Below, piece by piece: positions 36,101-51,100 of a DNA stretch of 64,000 bases. Each line of letters opens with the position of its first letter. Position 1 is the first letter of the stretch. Source of the DNA: Hydrolagus affinis (lineage: Eukaryota); assembly GCA_012026655.1 (NCBI GenBank), contig JAAILG010000458.1:1-64000 (forward strand). Reading direction: 5' to 3'. Both the position numbers and the translations under genes were made by a program. The notes beneath the pieces were generated by a model. That model saw nothing but the letters and a program-made list of their open reading frames with translations. It had not been told where the DNA came from and did not search any database.

Positions 36101-39100
36101 ATGACCCTCCGGACGATGTGATGGCTCCTGGGGCCCCAGGAGGTCCTGGCGGCCCTGGGGGTCCTGGATAACTGTAACCCGGGGGGCCGGGGTTGCCTGG
36201 GCGTCCTGAGGGTCCGACGATGCTGTCACCCTTTGGTCCCTAATGAGCGAACGCTGTTAGAGGAGGTAGCCAAAGGGCCTGAAAACTGGCAATAAGACAG
36301 CCTGGGAGCGGAAATGGCCATCGAGAGATATGAGATCCTTCAACTCCCCTGAACACACACACACTCCTACCCCACCACACACCCATGCACACCCCCTCCC
36401 CCCCATCTACACACACTCCTAACCCTTTCACACCCATCCCCCCTCACACACACACAAAAAAACCACCCACGATCACTGCCCAAAACACACGGCTTGGTCC
36501 ACTTGCTAGGAAGCGCTAATGCTCTTATGTCTTGGAGCTCCAGAAGACACTCATCTCCCATTCTGTCAGCACTGTCCTGTGTCGATACAATAGGAATTTA
36601 TCACACTGATCACAGGCCGAATATCCCAGGTGCAGGCTGGTGTGTGTTTTATGGGGAGGGGTAGAAAAGACCAACATTCACTCATTCCGGGGAAAGATTG
36701 CCATGAATTGGCCACAGACATGGCAAAACTGGCGATTTAAAAAATCCAGGGAAAGCTAGAAATTCAAGAATAACTGCATCCTTGGTGTTTGTAGAATTGT
36801 CCCAGTCAGTAAGTAACACAAAGACAAATGATCTTACCGGCAGTCCTGGGCGGCCTAGGTGGCCGGGGAATCCCTGGGTTCCCAGTAGACTAAGGTTGAC
36901 TTCCCCTGGTGCCCCCTTTTCTCCTTTGTGCCCGGAATCACCTCGGTCGCCTTTCTCGGCCTGAAAAAGGAAAAGCCAGAAAATGAACCCACCGCTCCAA
37001 ATCAACACTTCTACACAATAATCAACTGATCACCAGCCCAGCTGAACACAAGAATTGCACGTGGGCCCTAGTTTAGAGACCAGTTAATATGTAGGCTAAG
37101 TGAGTTGAGCCCTTGTCTCTCAGCTGGGCACCCGAGCCAAACTTCCCTCCATTAATTTCCCTGACAATGTACTGTTCCACACTGCACCCGATGGTTACAC
37201 TGTTGAGAAACCGCATTTCTCAGCAGCTCTGAAGCTTGTCAACATCTGGCAAATAGCGATGAATCTCAGACACAGGACACTGATAACGAGTGGGTCACTC
37301 TTCTCCGGCTGCTCACACCTGGCCCCTAGCCAGTGGTGGCAAACTTCCAACATGGTGACACTTACTCTGAGTGTGGAGCCAAGCTGGTACAGGTCATACG
37401 GGCTGGGACCTGCAACAAACACAAGAGATGTCAGCTAGACTCCAGCGCAGGTACTTGATGGAGGCGAGGCTCCAGTTGATTAAATAATAGTTGCCATTTG
37501 TATACAAAGTTGGCTGCCCACACAATATGAACACATGGGTGTTTTAACTTGTTTACAGTGTAGAAGCTGCTGCCCGCACAGCAACCACACTCTTAGGTAG
37601 CAAGCAGTGTCGGTAGCAAGCACTTGCTAACTGGCCCGGCAGAAACCATGACTGCAGGAAATTAATTTCAAGATCTTCACAATCATCTTCAAATCCCTTC
37701 ATGCCCTTCAACCCACTACCTACTGTCTCCGGCTGGCTCCAGCCTTGTGTGTGTCCCTGTGCCTCTGGTCCCTTATCAGTGGCTGTGCTTTCAGTCACTA
37801 TACCCTGAATCTCTCGAGCACTCTTGCTGTATCCCTCTACCTCGCCTCTCCCTTCTCCATCTTCAGGTCGTGCCTGATGATCTTCCTCTGACCGTGCCTA
37901 CATTCATTTCCCCCTCCCACTGGCTCGGCATTGTGCTCCGCCACTGTTAAGCGCTCTGGGACATAATCCCGTGTGAGGGGCGCTGTTGTTGTTCAAAAGC
38001 AATCTGCCAATTTATTAACAACCAGGTTCCTACCTACTGCTAGGTAAACAGAGGTGTGTGGAGTAAGGAAACTTGCCCAAGGTTTTCTCACCCAGATACT
38101 GAAACGGGTCATCTTACTTATGAACATAGTGCTGTAACCACTAAGCTGTGGGACTCCTAAAACTCCAGCTCCTAAAGAGTGTGGAGAGGGAGAGGGAAGG
38201 GGGAATACCAGGCCGGGGTGGGGGGAGGGAGGGAGGGGGAGCATGAGGCTTATCTGTTTTAGTTGCCCTCCACTCCTTATTTCCTTTATTTTTGGAATTT
38301 GGGGGGAAATAAGAAAAACGAGCAAAGTTACAGGAATATTTCTACAACTGCCCTCGGCCAACTGTTCATAGATGAGGAAACACAATATATCAACACAAAG
38401 CAGCCAATTGTACATACCTGGGGGGCCCGCAATTCCTGGCTGACCCCCGTCACCCTTGTCACCCTTGTAGCCTGGAAAGCCTCTGTCTCCTTTATGTCCT
38501 GAGGGGAGGGGAGGGAGCAGGGAATGAGTGGAAATAAATTAGAACAAATAGACTGGACGTGAAACATGTAGTCAGGATGATCTGAAATGAGCACAAAAGG
38601 AAGCCTTTTGCTGGGCACGCTCTCTCCCATTGACCTATCTGTTTTAGTTGCCCTCCAATCCTTTTTTTTCTTTATTTTTGGAATTTGGGGGAGAAATAAG
38701 AAAAATCAGCAAACCAAAGTTACAGGAGTATTTCTACAATGGCCCTGGGGTTGAGAGAGACTGAACCACCCACCGGACATACAAACATATAAATACAAAC
38801 AAACAACAACAACAAAATTACATTTATGGAGCGCCTTTCACATCGGGAGGACGTCCCAAGGCACTGATCGGTCAGGGCTCGGGATCCGAGCAAGGGAGAG
38901 GGGCAGTGTAAACAGGAGATGCAGGGTAGGAACAAACCATTTACACACACCATACACACACACACACCATACACAGAGGCACAGATACACATGTTACAGT
39001 CTCAAATTCCATTTCCTGAAACATACCTGGTGCTCTGGGAATTGTTGCTCCGGTCTCAAACACCTGGATGGTCAGACACACACACACACAGTTACAGCAA

Positions 39101-42100
39101 CACAGTAAATGCAGGAGCTCCCACCCCCACGCCCTGGCTTCATATTCGGTCTACAAATTGCTCAACATCACTGACTGCACATCCCATCCTCGGCACAAGA
39201 TCAACATCCTACACAGACCCACACACGCGTACAAACATGCGCACATACATCCACACCCAGATATGGGAAACGTCAATAGGCCTGAGACCAAAGTCTTTGA
39301 TTGTGTTCTCTCTCCACTCCACCCCCATTTAACTTCTCACCTGAAGGACAATATAGCTGATATGCAGCACCTTCCAAGAAATGCATTGAAGTGTCAGTCT
39401 GAATTGTGAGCTCAAATTCCCAAAGTCGGGCTTGAACCCTCAACATTGTGACCCAGAGACAAGCTGACTGAGCCAGACTGACAGTGACAGGTAACACCGA
39501 GGGGCAGGAGAGGAAGGAACAGATAAAATGGTGCAGATTAGGGGAGGAAGGACAAGACACACTGAACGCAGCAACTCAGTTCAAAACCAGATTTAAACCC
39601 ATATATTTTATATTAAAAAAAGCATTTAAACCCATTGGTTCTCGGTAGTTCACAGTCACACTTACGTTATTGTCAAAGGGTAAAACTCCAACACTGGGTG
39701 GGCCTGGGGGCCCAGGAGGCCCTGGAGGTCCCGGGGGGCCTGAGATATGCTAGGTTAAAAAAAAGCAAGGAAAGAAAAAGGATGAATACAGCGTAGACAA
39801 AGCAGTTAGAACAAGGCAGTGGGGTCTGGCTAGAAATGGGAAGGCACTTACCCGGAATCCGAAACCACCGTTGAACTCTCCCAGATCACCCTTTTCACCT
39901 TTCAATCCATTCTGTCCTGTCCGTCCCTGAGGTGGGGGAAAGAGGTGGAACTTAAACTTTGTGGCAACACAAAGAGGCTGAAAACAAATCCCGTTGTCAC
40001 TGTGATAAACATTGTTTACGTTCAATTATATCCTCTATACCATCAAAACAGAGGCGTGTGGAGTAAGAAAACATGCCCAACACTTTCGACCTGCCCGTAA
40101 TTGAACCCAACAACAAAATTACATTTCTAGAGCGCCTTTCAAATCGGGAGGACGTCCCAAGGTGCTGAACCAGTCAGGTTGGGACCCGAGCAAGAGAGAG
40201 GGGCAGGGTAGGGGGAGGGGAGGGGAGGGAGAGAGTTGGGAGGGCAGCAGAAGACATGATCGAAGAGGAGGGTCTTGAGACTGACTTTCAAGGAGGCAAG
40301 GGAGGAAATGAGGCGAAGGGAGTTCCAGAGTATGGTGGCAGAGAGGCTGAAAGCCGTCCACCGATGGTAGGGCGGGGGACATGGAGCAGACCTGAGCCTG
40401 CTGATGGAGGGGGCAGGCAGGTTCAGAGGGGGACAGCAGGTCGGAGAGATAGGAGGGGGCAAGGCTGAATGTCCTTGAAAGTGAGGATGAGGATCTTCAA
40501 TTCGATCCTCTGGGGTATGGGGAGCCAATGGAGCCGGGCGAGGATGGGAGTGATGTGGTCACGGAGCTTAGTGAGGGAGAGGACACGAGCTGCAGAATTC
40601 TGGATGATCTGCAGCTTGTGAAGGGAAAGGCCAGGAAGGCTGACAAGGAGGGAGGTCCCACAGTCTAGCCTTGATGTGATGAATGCGTGGACAAGGGTTT
40701 TGGGAGCCTGAGGGGTGAGGCAATGGGAAAGTCTCTCAGGCGAAACGGGTGCTCTAACCGTTGAGCTACACAGTGGAATAAAAATCAGCGTTTCCTACAT
40801 CATTCCTATTCCTGACTAATTCTTAGAGAGGAGCTGCTTCAATATCTCACAAGATGCATTGAGCCCCATTAATCATAGAATATATCTGAACCCAAGATGC
40901 AATACAGAGCTTGACTTACCGGCCGTCCTGGAAAACCAATTTCACCCTTTTGACCAGGACGCCCAAAGGGACCCTGTGAACAGAGACAGTGAGAACCTGT
41001 TGAACTGGCACCAACGGATCAGAGCGCCACGGGGATTGGCCTCCTGAGGCTGAGGGAGCCCAGGGCCCATCAGGTGGTTAGGACATCACCGATGTACAAA
41101 GCTCACACACAGTAACAACGACTTGCATTTATACAGCAGGATGCCTGAGCCAGCTGAGTAGAGATGGCAGGGAATGGAGTGGGGAGAAAGCAGGTCGAAG
41201 AGAACACAAATACGGTAAGATAGAGGGAGCATCTACCAGGATTCCTATTAATAACAGTGACTCCAGCACGTGTGGACATTGCAAATGGAGACAGAGAGTG
41301 TAGGGTATGGTGTGTGGACAGAGAATGTGGTGTGGCGTCTCAGGGGAGGGTAGCATTTCATCAAGTGGGCAGAGCGGATTGGAGATGCATCGTTGCAGTG
41401 TGGCCAAGGCACTTTACTCCACTTGGTAGAGACCAGGATTACGGGACAAGTGGCACATGTATTTCAGTCACATTTACTTACCGATGGCCCTACAGGTCCA
41501 GGAATCCCAGGGTCACCCTGGAGAGAATATTAAAGCAAACAAGAGCATCAGAACAGGATACAGATCCCCTTTTTGCAAAACTCTTTCACAAATGAGAATA
41601 CAGCATCCCTTCAACCACAACAAGTAAGTAGGTCGGAGAGGTTCGGGAGGTGCCAAGATATGAATGATTTGAGAACAAGTGTGAGGATCTTGAAATTGAT
41701 CTGTTCGGCAATAGGGAGCTTTTTGGAGTTCATCTTCCATTTCAATAGGTTGCTTTTGTTCCTCAGGTTCCTTGGGATTTCAGAAACTGGTTTACTTTGT
41801 TGTCTTTGCTTCCCATGTATGACCCTAAAGCTAACCCGCAACAGTGTGTCAGACAGTGATTCCCCTCCCGGAGACGCGTTTTGACACTTGCTGTTCTTCA
41901 GTCTCTGCACTCACCTTTGGCCCTGCGTTCCCGCTAACACTCAGGCTGTTCACAATGCTTCCATCAGGGCCAACAACGTAACCAGGCTCCCCTCGATCAC
42001 CCTGCAAGACACAAAAAGGGACATCAGCGGTCAAGAGGCTTTCTACCCGTCCAAAGTCAAGCCCAAATCAGGTGTGCAGTATTTCAGTCAGTAAATTATC

Positions 42101-45100
42101 AAAACTGTGGTGGAGAGACTTAGCTTCAGGTTAGCAATACCTGACACCAGTAAAGAACCAGGCACAAACTGCATGGCAGTGAAGGACTAGCTACCATCGC
42201 TATCAAAATAACCGATAATTCTTACTAATACAGTATTACATCTACTTTCACATGAGAAGGATGTTTCAAAGCACTTCACAGATTATACCATACTGTGAAA
42301 TAGAGCAACTGTGTTCTGTGGGTGAATTGGAGTGAATTTGTGAACAGCAAGGTCCCACAAACAGCCATGAAGTGACTTTGTACTGATTTTCAGTTTTAAT
42401 GTCTCATTCAAGGATGGCACATTCAACAATGCAGCAATGCCCCCAGCACAGCACTGGAGTGTCAGTAGCTGCACACAGCCGAGACTGGACCAATTGGAAA
42501 CTTCATTGTGGAGTCTGAACCAACAAACTTCTGATTCAGAGATAAGTATTCTGATTGAGCCAAGCTAACACACATAGTACTAATGTCTTGTAATAAATAA
42601 TAATAATAAGAATCCTTGCATTTGATGTAGCATTTTCACATCTTCTAGACATCTCTAAGCACTTCGCAGAATATACTTTGAAGTGAATTAACTGTATATT
42701 TGTGGGTGAAACGTGGCTACTAATTGCGCACAGCAGTGTCCTATGAACAGCCATGGAGTAACTTTGTACTGCTTTTCAGTTTTAATGTCTCATATCCAGG
42801 ATGGCACATTCAATATTGTTGAACAACATACACAACAATAAAAAGCTTAGGTGGGAATAGGAATGGTCGTTTCACCCTCTCCAATCCAGTACAACTACCA
42901 ATTGAGATAATTCTCCTGTCTCTCCAGTCTGCTCCATGCCTGCTCCTGCCAGCCTGCTCCATGCCAGCCTGTGCCAGTGCTAGTCAGAAGTTCCTACCTT
43001 GATTCCTGGATGTCCTGGATGCCCTGAGATTCCAGACTCTCCTTGCGGTCCTCTGGGCCCCTAGAGCAAGAATAGGGAATCATTGAAAAAGTTTAATGGA
43101 AAAATTGAGATAAGATCAACTTTTAAACACCAGAAACTCCGAGATAAGTGAGGTTTGCCCATAATGGCTGAACCCAGGATCCAGAGACAAAAGGTCACTG
43201 CACAAACCCACTGTGCCACTCAACAATCCACACTTATATGGGATCTTTCACATAGGAAAATATCTCAAATGAGATGCAATGGGAGCCCAAGCTGAGAGAG
43301 AAATTGTGTGTGTGTGGACGGGTGGGGGGGAAGGGGTTGGTGGTGTAAGAGGGGTGAAGGTGCAATCGAGATTCAGAAGTGAGGTGAGGCAAAGCCGTTG
43401 TTGAAATATTTAAAGTGAAGGATCTTACAAAGTCTGTAATGCTGAGAGGAGCCAGTGGTGTTGATGAGAGTGATCCTTGGTGTCAAATACTGGTCAACAA
43501 AAGATTACATAGCTTTGCCATTATGTTTTAGGTGATTGTCTATTGTCAGCATACACTCCCACACACACTGTAATAAAGCTTTCTTACTGGGAATCCTGCT
43601 TGGCCTGGAATACCCTTCGGACCCTGAAAAGGAGAAAGAAATTCTGATTGTAAACCTCACACACATCCTAACACTGAGGCCACAGCAAAACACATGTTAC
43701 ATGTAAGCAATTTGGAAAGCACTTTGTGATAAATAATAGGGGTTCCTTAAGAGGAGGTAGAGGGCCCAGGGCCTGCTGACCAACCGAGGACCCAGTGAGA
43801 CACGAGAAGGACAGATCCCAGTGTTACTCCCAAAATACAGATCACCATTAAGCCTTAAGTGTAAAATCTACACAGGTTACTGTAACCTGGTCATATTAGA
43901 ATATAAAACATAAAGAAAAAGCATCGCGATAGGACATTACACCAATGCAACACCACAGGCTGAAGCAATACCAGGTGAACAATTACACATACCTCTGGCC
44001 CTGGCATGCCTGAATGCCCACCAATTATCTGAAAGCAAAAGATCATTTCATCCAGGTTAAAACACAGCCGAAAGTTCCAGCTACTTATAAATGGTATTGA
44101 ACAGGTTGTCCCCTAGAATTATCTAAAGCTTGTTCAGGGGCTGCTCATCGTAATAGCAAATATACAGACAACACTCCCTCTACACAGCCCTAACAATGTG
44201 GCTGGGGTTCCGGTGAAACTTGCCCAAGGTTTCACCTTGACCTGCCTGGACTCGAACACAAGTCTCACACTTGTAAGGCAAGTTCTCTAACCACTGAGCT
44301 ACAGGAGCAAGGAGTGAGCAGTAGATCACTCGCATTGGATGGTATATGAGGAGAAGAGCAGGCCTGGAGGACTTTGCAGTGAGTGACGTGGAAGGTCTTG
44401 AGAGTAACCCACTTCCCAGTGCATGCAGCTGACTCCTGTCCCTGCTGTACAGCTCCCGAAGTACTTACATTTTCACTTCCATACACGTTTCCTGGGGGGC
44501 CGGGTAGACCTGGCGGGCCAGGTATCGCAACTGCATCTCTGCCTGGTTCCCCCTGAAAGGAAACAGCCATGTGTACCATCAGCATTTGATGCTTGCAGGG
44601 GTTAACCTGGAAACTTTAGGACAACAAAAAATAATGTCTGGTTGGAGTGGATTGGAGATTTCACTACACGTCCTACATAGAAGCATGGATTTATCTCCCA
44701 GCTACACAGTAATGGTTTGATGATGATTTGATGTGGCGAGATAATATTGATGAAACCTCCTTAGTTCACAGTAACTGAGAGTGAGAGCGACAGGGGAGTT
44801 AATGAGTGTGAAAATGAATGTGTTGCGAGAGTGAGTGAAAGAGTGAAGGAGTGAGCGAAAGTGAGTGATTAGGAGAGTAAGAGTGAGAGGAAGAAATAAA
44901 GTGGGTGAGAAATAGAGAAGAGAGTGTGCGAGAGAGAATGAGGTTAATTGAGAGTGGAGTAATTCTGTAACTATAGTAATTCTGTCATTCTGTAACTAGT
45001 TTCTCATCTTCAATGTTGTGGGACCACACGTAGCAGATACTTATTATTGACTGTGGGAGGGAATTCAGCCAAAACTCTCATCCTTACCTTCATGCCTGTG

Positions 45101-48100
45101 TCTCCATGGTCACCCTTCAAACCCTGGGAGGAAAACAAAGAGATTAGAATGAGAGAATAAGTTGCGTCAATTTAAACTTTGTGAAGCATTCGTTTAACAC
45201 TCCTGCTCTGTCACATTGTACATAGATGTCTCTTCCTCACACACCACCAGGGGCTCACATACCAAACACCAATCCTGGATGATCTCATTAGCACCATTTC
45301 CCAGGAAGATTTGAACTCTCAGACCCAGCTAGTCAGAGGCATTCACTGCTGCAATGTTTCCCTTTGAAACAAATAAGGTCTCTGCCTTGACAGTGATTTT
45401 TGTCAGGCAACTCAACTGTAGAGGGCATCACAACTGAGCCTGATCTCTCCTCACCTGACTGCCGCAAATGCTCACAGCCAGTATAGAGCGCTGCACAGGG
45501 ACCAGGAGCAGGAACTCTGGCTGGTTTCCCCTCTCCTGATACCGTATGAAAGTTGAGGGCAATTTAATCTCCCTAATAAAGCTGCAGCTGAGACCAGCAA
45601 ACTCAGCACGACCAGGATTCAAACCAACGAGTTCATACACTGCTGCTCTGTCCACTACACCATTGGGGACGTCCCTTTTTAATCCTATCTCAGGATATGG
45701 GCAATGTTGTCATAAGCTTCATTTATTGCCTGTTCCTAGTTGCTCTTAAGACACTTGTGGTGGGACCTTCTCCTTAAACCACTGCCTAGTTTGGTAACTT
45801 TGAGGGGAGTTCTTAAACGGGGGAAGAATTCCAAGAAAATTCCCACCAGTCTGGATCAAGATATGCGGGGAATGTGGGAATAAAGCATTCAGAGCTCAGA
45901 CCTGAAGATCCAAGCAAAAATGGCTTGGCTGTGACCAGATTAACCGTCAATGAGCAGTGATTGAGGCTTTGCAAAGCCCATGCGGTGGGAGGTTGAGACT
46001 CAGGCCCCTCACTAAATGCACTGACTCAGGGGTTCGGGGAAGTTTCTCCTACCCACAACCACCCAATTCTCACCTGAGGCCCTGTGAATCCTTGCAGCCC
46101 ATTTATTCCTGGGGGTCCAGGCAATCCCTGGAAAACAGAATGAAAATAAATCAAATCATTCAGACTGATCAAACTGGTCTGTAAATCCTCCTCCAGAACT
46201 CACCAACTACTAATTCCCCCACCCAGAACTCCCCAAATCAAGAACCCCCACCACTCTCCACCCAGCAAACCACTATCACCCACCATTGCTCAACCCTCCC
46301 ACTCAGCATCCCACAAGCAGACACCAGGTTCTTGGAAATCAACTGAAATAAGACCAGAAATAGTCCAAACTCACCGATGGCCCTTGGATCCCAGGTATAC
46401 CCTGTACAGAAAAGACAGAAGCTGTGCTGTTAAACAGGAAGATGAGAGAGTGGTGAGGTCTGCAGCTGATGTGGGCTTTATCTCTCTACTATTGTTCACC
46501 CACAGATCAGCGATGAACACTGGCCTTACAGGGAGCTCGGCATTCATAGTCTCTGAAGTGTTGGGCAATATTCATAAATTCAAGTCACAGAAACCAGAGC
46601 AAGACTAAGGTATCACACACCAATGAATACCTTAGCGCCTCCTGGGTACTTGCCATTGAATGAGTTTGTTGGTGTGTTGTGTGTGTGTAAGCAGAGGGTA
46701 TGTGTGTGTGGGGTGGGGGGGCGGTTGGTGAGGGCTAGGTGGGGGTGTGTGCGAAGGCCTGTTTATTAAGCAAGTGGGTAAATAAAATAATATAGTGCCT
46801 TTCTTATTGAGAGAATGCCTCAAAGTGCTCATCAAATATTATGTAACTATGTATTTGTAAGGGAAGAAACGAATGACCCACAAACAGCCATGGAGTAAAT
46901 TGGGTATGTCTAAGTAATTTTGTGGCCAATAGAAATAATACATGTTGTGCCTCTTGTGCCCAAATGACTGTCAGTCCAGGGTGAAGGCATCTGAACCAAC
47001 ATCAACCCATCATTTCTGCTCATTCCACATACACCCAAATAGATGAGGCACTCTCACCGTTAGGCAGCAAGTGCTCACTGTGAGAAGATTTTTGTTAAAC
47101 AACATTACAATTGTAGAGCGCCTTCCACGCCGGGAGGACGTCCCAAAGCGCTGAACAGTCGGGGATCAGGACTTGAGCATGGAGGGTGGGAGGGGAGGTG
47201 GGGGTTATTACCTGTTATTGTCATGAAATAAACAAACACGCGCATTCCTGTACAGCTGATTCCTCACCTGCATGCCGGGATGTCCAGGTGGTCCCATAAC
47301 TCCCTTTAAAAAAAGACCAGGCGTTCAGTGCGATAGTAAACTATATACAAAAGCATGCAAGGTGATTAACAACAACAACAACTTTGATTTATATAGCGCC
47401 CTCCACGCCAGACGGTGTCTCAGAGCGCTTCACAATAGCGGATCCCGGGACCGAGCCAGTGGCAGGGGTAGAAAGGTGACCAAAGGCACGGTCGAAGAGA
47501 AAGGTCTTCAGCTGGGACCTGAAGCTGAGAAAAGAGGGGGCGAGGCGAAGGTAGTGAGAAAGGGAATTCCAGAGCCTCGGGGCATAGTGGCTGAAGGCAC
47601 GGTCGCCGAGGGTGGAGCGGAGGATTCGGGGGACATGGAGGAGGCCAGACCCAGTGGAGCGAAGGCAACGGGAGCTGGTTTAAGGAGAGAGTAGGTCAGA
47701 GAGGTAGGGGTGTAGAGGAGTGGAGGGATTTGAAGATAAGTCGATCCTCTCTGGGATAGGGAGCCAGTGAAGTCTGGCAAGGACTGGGGTAATGGGGGAG
47801 CGAGGTTTGGTGTGGGATTACTGTCATAAAGCCACAGCCTCATGGGAAAACAGGAATAGAGAATTCAATCCATTGCATCTATTCTGTCAGACCTCCACAG
47901 ATCGTATGACCTCACCATTTCGAATGACATCGGCAGATCTTGGCAGTGTTATTTTGCCATGACTCAACAATGGTCCCCTGTCAATCTACAGGGAAAATAT
48001 AACCAAGCCTCTTTGTGCCAGAATTGGCTCCACCAAACTGACTAGCTGCAGTAATTGACTAGTTGCAGAATGAAGACGATGGGGGAACAAATGGAAACAA

Positions 48101-51100
48101 TTATGGAAATCACGGAAAGTGTGGTGGTTGCTCACTCACACAAATTATATCTTTTTGTGACCTGCTATATTTGTCCACGTTGGTCCACATCCGGTCCTAA
48201 ATTCTTGCCACATTCCTATGGTGACCCGAAGAGGCCACTGGTGCCAGTTGTGTGGGGGTTGTGCAGGATGTGGAGCTTTCCAGATATATTGGCATAAGGG
48301 TTGGCTGACACAGTCAGAAACAGCAAACCACAGGCTGGAGCCAAGAGGAAGAACATTGCACCCACGTGCAAAGCAACCCAAACAATAACCAGAAGCCACA
48401 TATGCATTGTTGGATTAACAAGTCTCTGAATCTCGGGGCCAAAGCTCAATGCGAAATCCAGTGTGTTGTATGGTACTGAGACATACACAATAAGAAGGCC
48501 CAAGCTCACATTGATTTAGGGGGAGGAAATAATCAGTTCCACTTTCTACTCTGCCTCATCTTCCCAAATCCCTTGCTGAAATCCAAACGTGTGTGGAAAG
48601 AAGCGGGCTGCCCATCACCTCAGATGGCATGAACGTCCACTTGGGTTTGTTCTCCTAGGCTCCCGGGGCCTATCAAGCCATCACTTTCAGGTAAGAAAGA
48701 GACCAAGGAGGAAGACCAAATATTTTACATCTCTATAGTGTCTTCCATGTCAGTAGCACACCTCAAAACAATTCACACAGCTGGATGGCAGCACTGAGTT
48801 GGAGGTGGGGAGCTGAGGAATGTGGAGGGAAAGGTGAAAGCAGAAGAAAATCATTCTTCAGCTTATAAATACAAACTTTTTTTCAAGTAAGTCTGATACA
48901 TCACCATGCGTTACAGCATCCAGAGCAGGCACATGTGTATACCACCTACGCATGGAAGTTTTCCTGTGTCTGGAATGGATTGCGCATGCACTCTCTACCT
49001 GGAGAGACAAACTCTGCTTACCTAATTCTGAAGTGTATTAGTTTATTAGAACTAAGGCTTGGGGACCCCAGAGTGTACGTTGGGAGTACTATGGAGTCTA
49101 ACCAGCTAAAACTGCATAGCTTGCGAGAGAGCTCTGGTTAATCAAACACAACATTAGACACAGGAGACCAGAGAAATGCTCATGTTCCAGAAGTTTATAT
49201 TTACCTGAACTCCTTCTATCCCTCTTTCCCCAGGAATTCCACCCAGGAATGGTATTCCAGAACCTTCCATGTCATCCTACAAGGAAATAACATGACGTCT
49301 CAGGAATGCTTAAGAGTTACTTGGGCTAAACTGATGTGTTTTTCTGGCCAACAGAGCACGAGTTAAGAAGTGGGTGCTACTTACAAACCCAGCAGTGAAA
49401 TGGGCCGATGGTGGTCCAGGGGGTCCGGGCAGGCCTCGGGGTCCCATTGGGCCCGGTAACCCTGCTAAGCCAGACTGTCCAGGGGGACCCATCACTCCCT
49501 GTGAGGAAACAACAACAACAAACCACAAAATTACACGTCAGGAGGGCATCCCAAGGCTCTGGAAACAGGAAATAATAACTTAAGTGTTGATGAAATGTTT
49601 CTCAAATACTGAGCATTAGCCTCGTTGTTCGGCTTTTCCACTTTCACTAAACTCAAACACCGGTGTTTGAGTTTAGTGAAAGTGTTTGTCATATACCAAC
49701 ATATCAGTATATGTCTATGGTAAAGACATATACCGATATGTCTTTACCATATCGGTATCAACAACCACAGGAAAACAACTCTGGTCATACAACCATCGGT
49801 ATCCATTGCAACAGTCCCATACCATATTTTCAGATATCATGGGTGTGCATGGCAATGGTGTCATGATGAAACTGACATGTGTATCCACACTAACAGTGAC
49901 AGTCAGATTGGCTCAGACGTCTCTGGCAACATGGATCTTACCTTCATCCCCAGCGCTCCTGGGAGGCCCAAATCACCTGCCTCGCCCTGAGAGCACAGAA
50001 AATATCCTGTTAACAAACACAAAGAGACTGAGAACAGAGAATCCCCCACCGCGCCCCCATGATTAAACCGAGCTCACGTACCTGCTCTCCCCTAGGACCC
50101 GGGAATCCCGGCTGGCCATCATGCCCAGGTGGACCAATGGGCCCCTGTAATCAAAAGTCAATACAATGAGAGTATGAATAGTGTCATGTTTGCCTACAGT
50201 CACTACGTTTTATAACAAGAATCCCTGAATATGACCCTGAATAGCACGTTTCCATCTTCACACATCTCAGAATATGTACCCAAAGCTCTTGCAAATGGAG
50301 GTCAGACGCAGAACAATATCTGTGGACCGACCAGGTGAAATCGGATCAGTCTCCTGAATTCCATCACTTACCGGAGGTCCTGGATTCCCAGGTCTCCCAT
50401 CCATCCCTGACCGGGCCAGTGCTGCGTGGTCTCCAGTCTGGTTCATACCAAACTGTCCAGGTTTACCAGGAAGTCCTGGAACACCCGGAGGCCCAGGCGG
50501 GCCTGGCAGCCCTGGGACACCCTGGATGAGGAGAAAATAGATTTCAATCAGCAAAGCTGAAGCGGCATCTGCCCAGCCGTTGTCCCTACCCCAAACAACA
50601 AATTATAATTATAGCTCATTCAAGTCTGACAAAGTCCCAAGACGTTGGACAACGAGGAGTTTCCATCTGAGCTGCAGGTTGGGATCAAGGGGGTTGGAGG
50701 GGTGGGGGGAGTGGAGGTGGGAGGAATCGCCAAAAGCAGGGTTAAAGAGGAAGGTCTTGAAGCGGGTCTTGAAGGAGGCAAGGCATGGGAGAGGCGGAGA
50801 GATTCGGAGATGGAGTTCCAGAGAGTAGGGACAGAAAAACTAAAGGCCCGACTGCCAATTGGGCAGTGGGTGCACCTGTCCTGCCCTGAAGATCAAGTTC
50901 CTCAGACACGAGGAGTAACTAAACCACCTATTCTTGTGGTCCATAACAATATTCAACAGTCATCATCCCCCCACCTCCTTTCCACTCTAATCACACCTTA
51001 ATCTTACAGCTGTGAGTCTTACCCTGAAGTACTGTGGATCACCTTCAAATCCAGAACCTTCCATATCAAGAAATGTCTGGAGATAGAGAGAGAGAGAGAA

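Noticed and set aside
42360-42815. ~70-bp direct repeat at about 42360 and 42746
   Set aside because: Lies within adjacent degenerate SINE remnants and is explained by SINE similarity or a trivial local duplication
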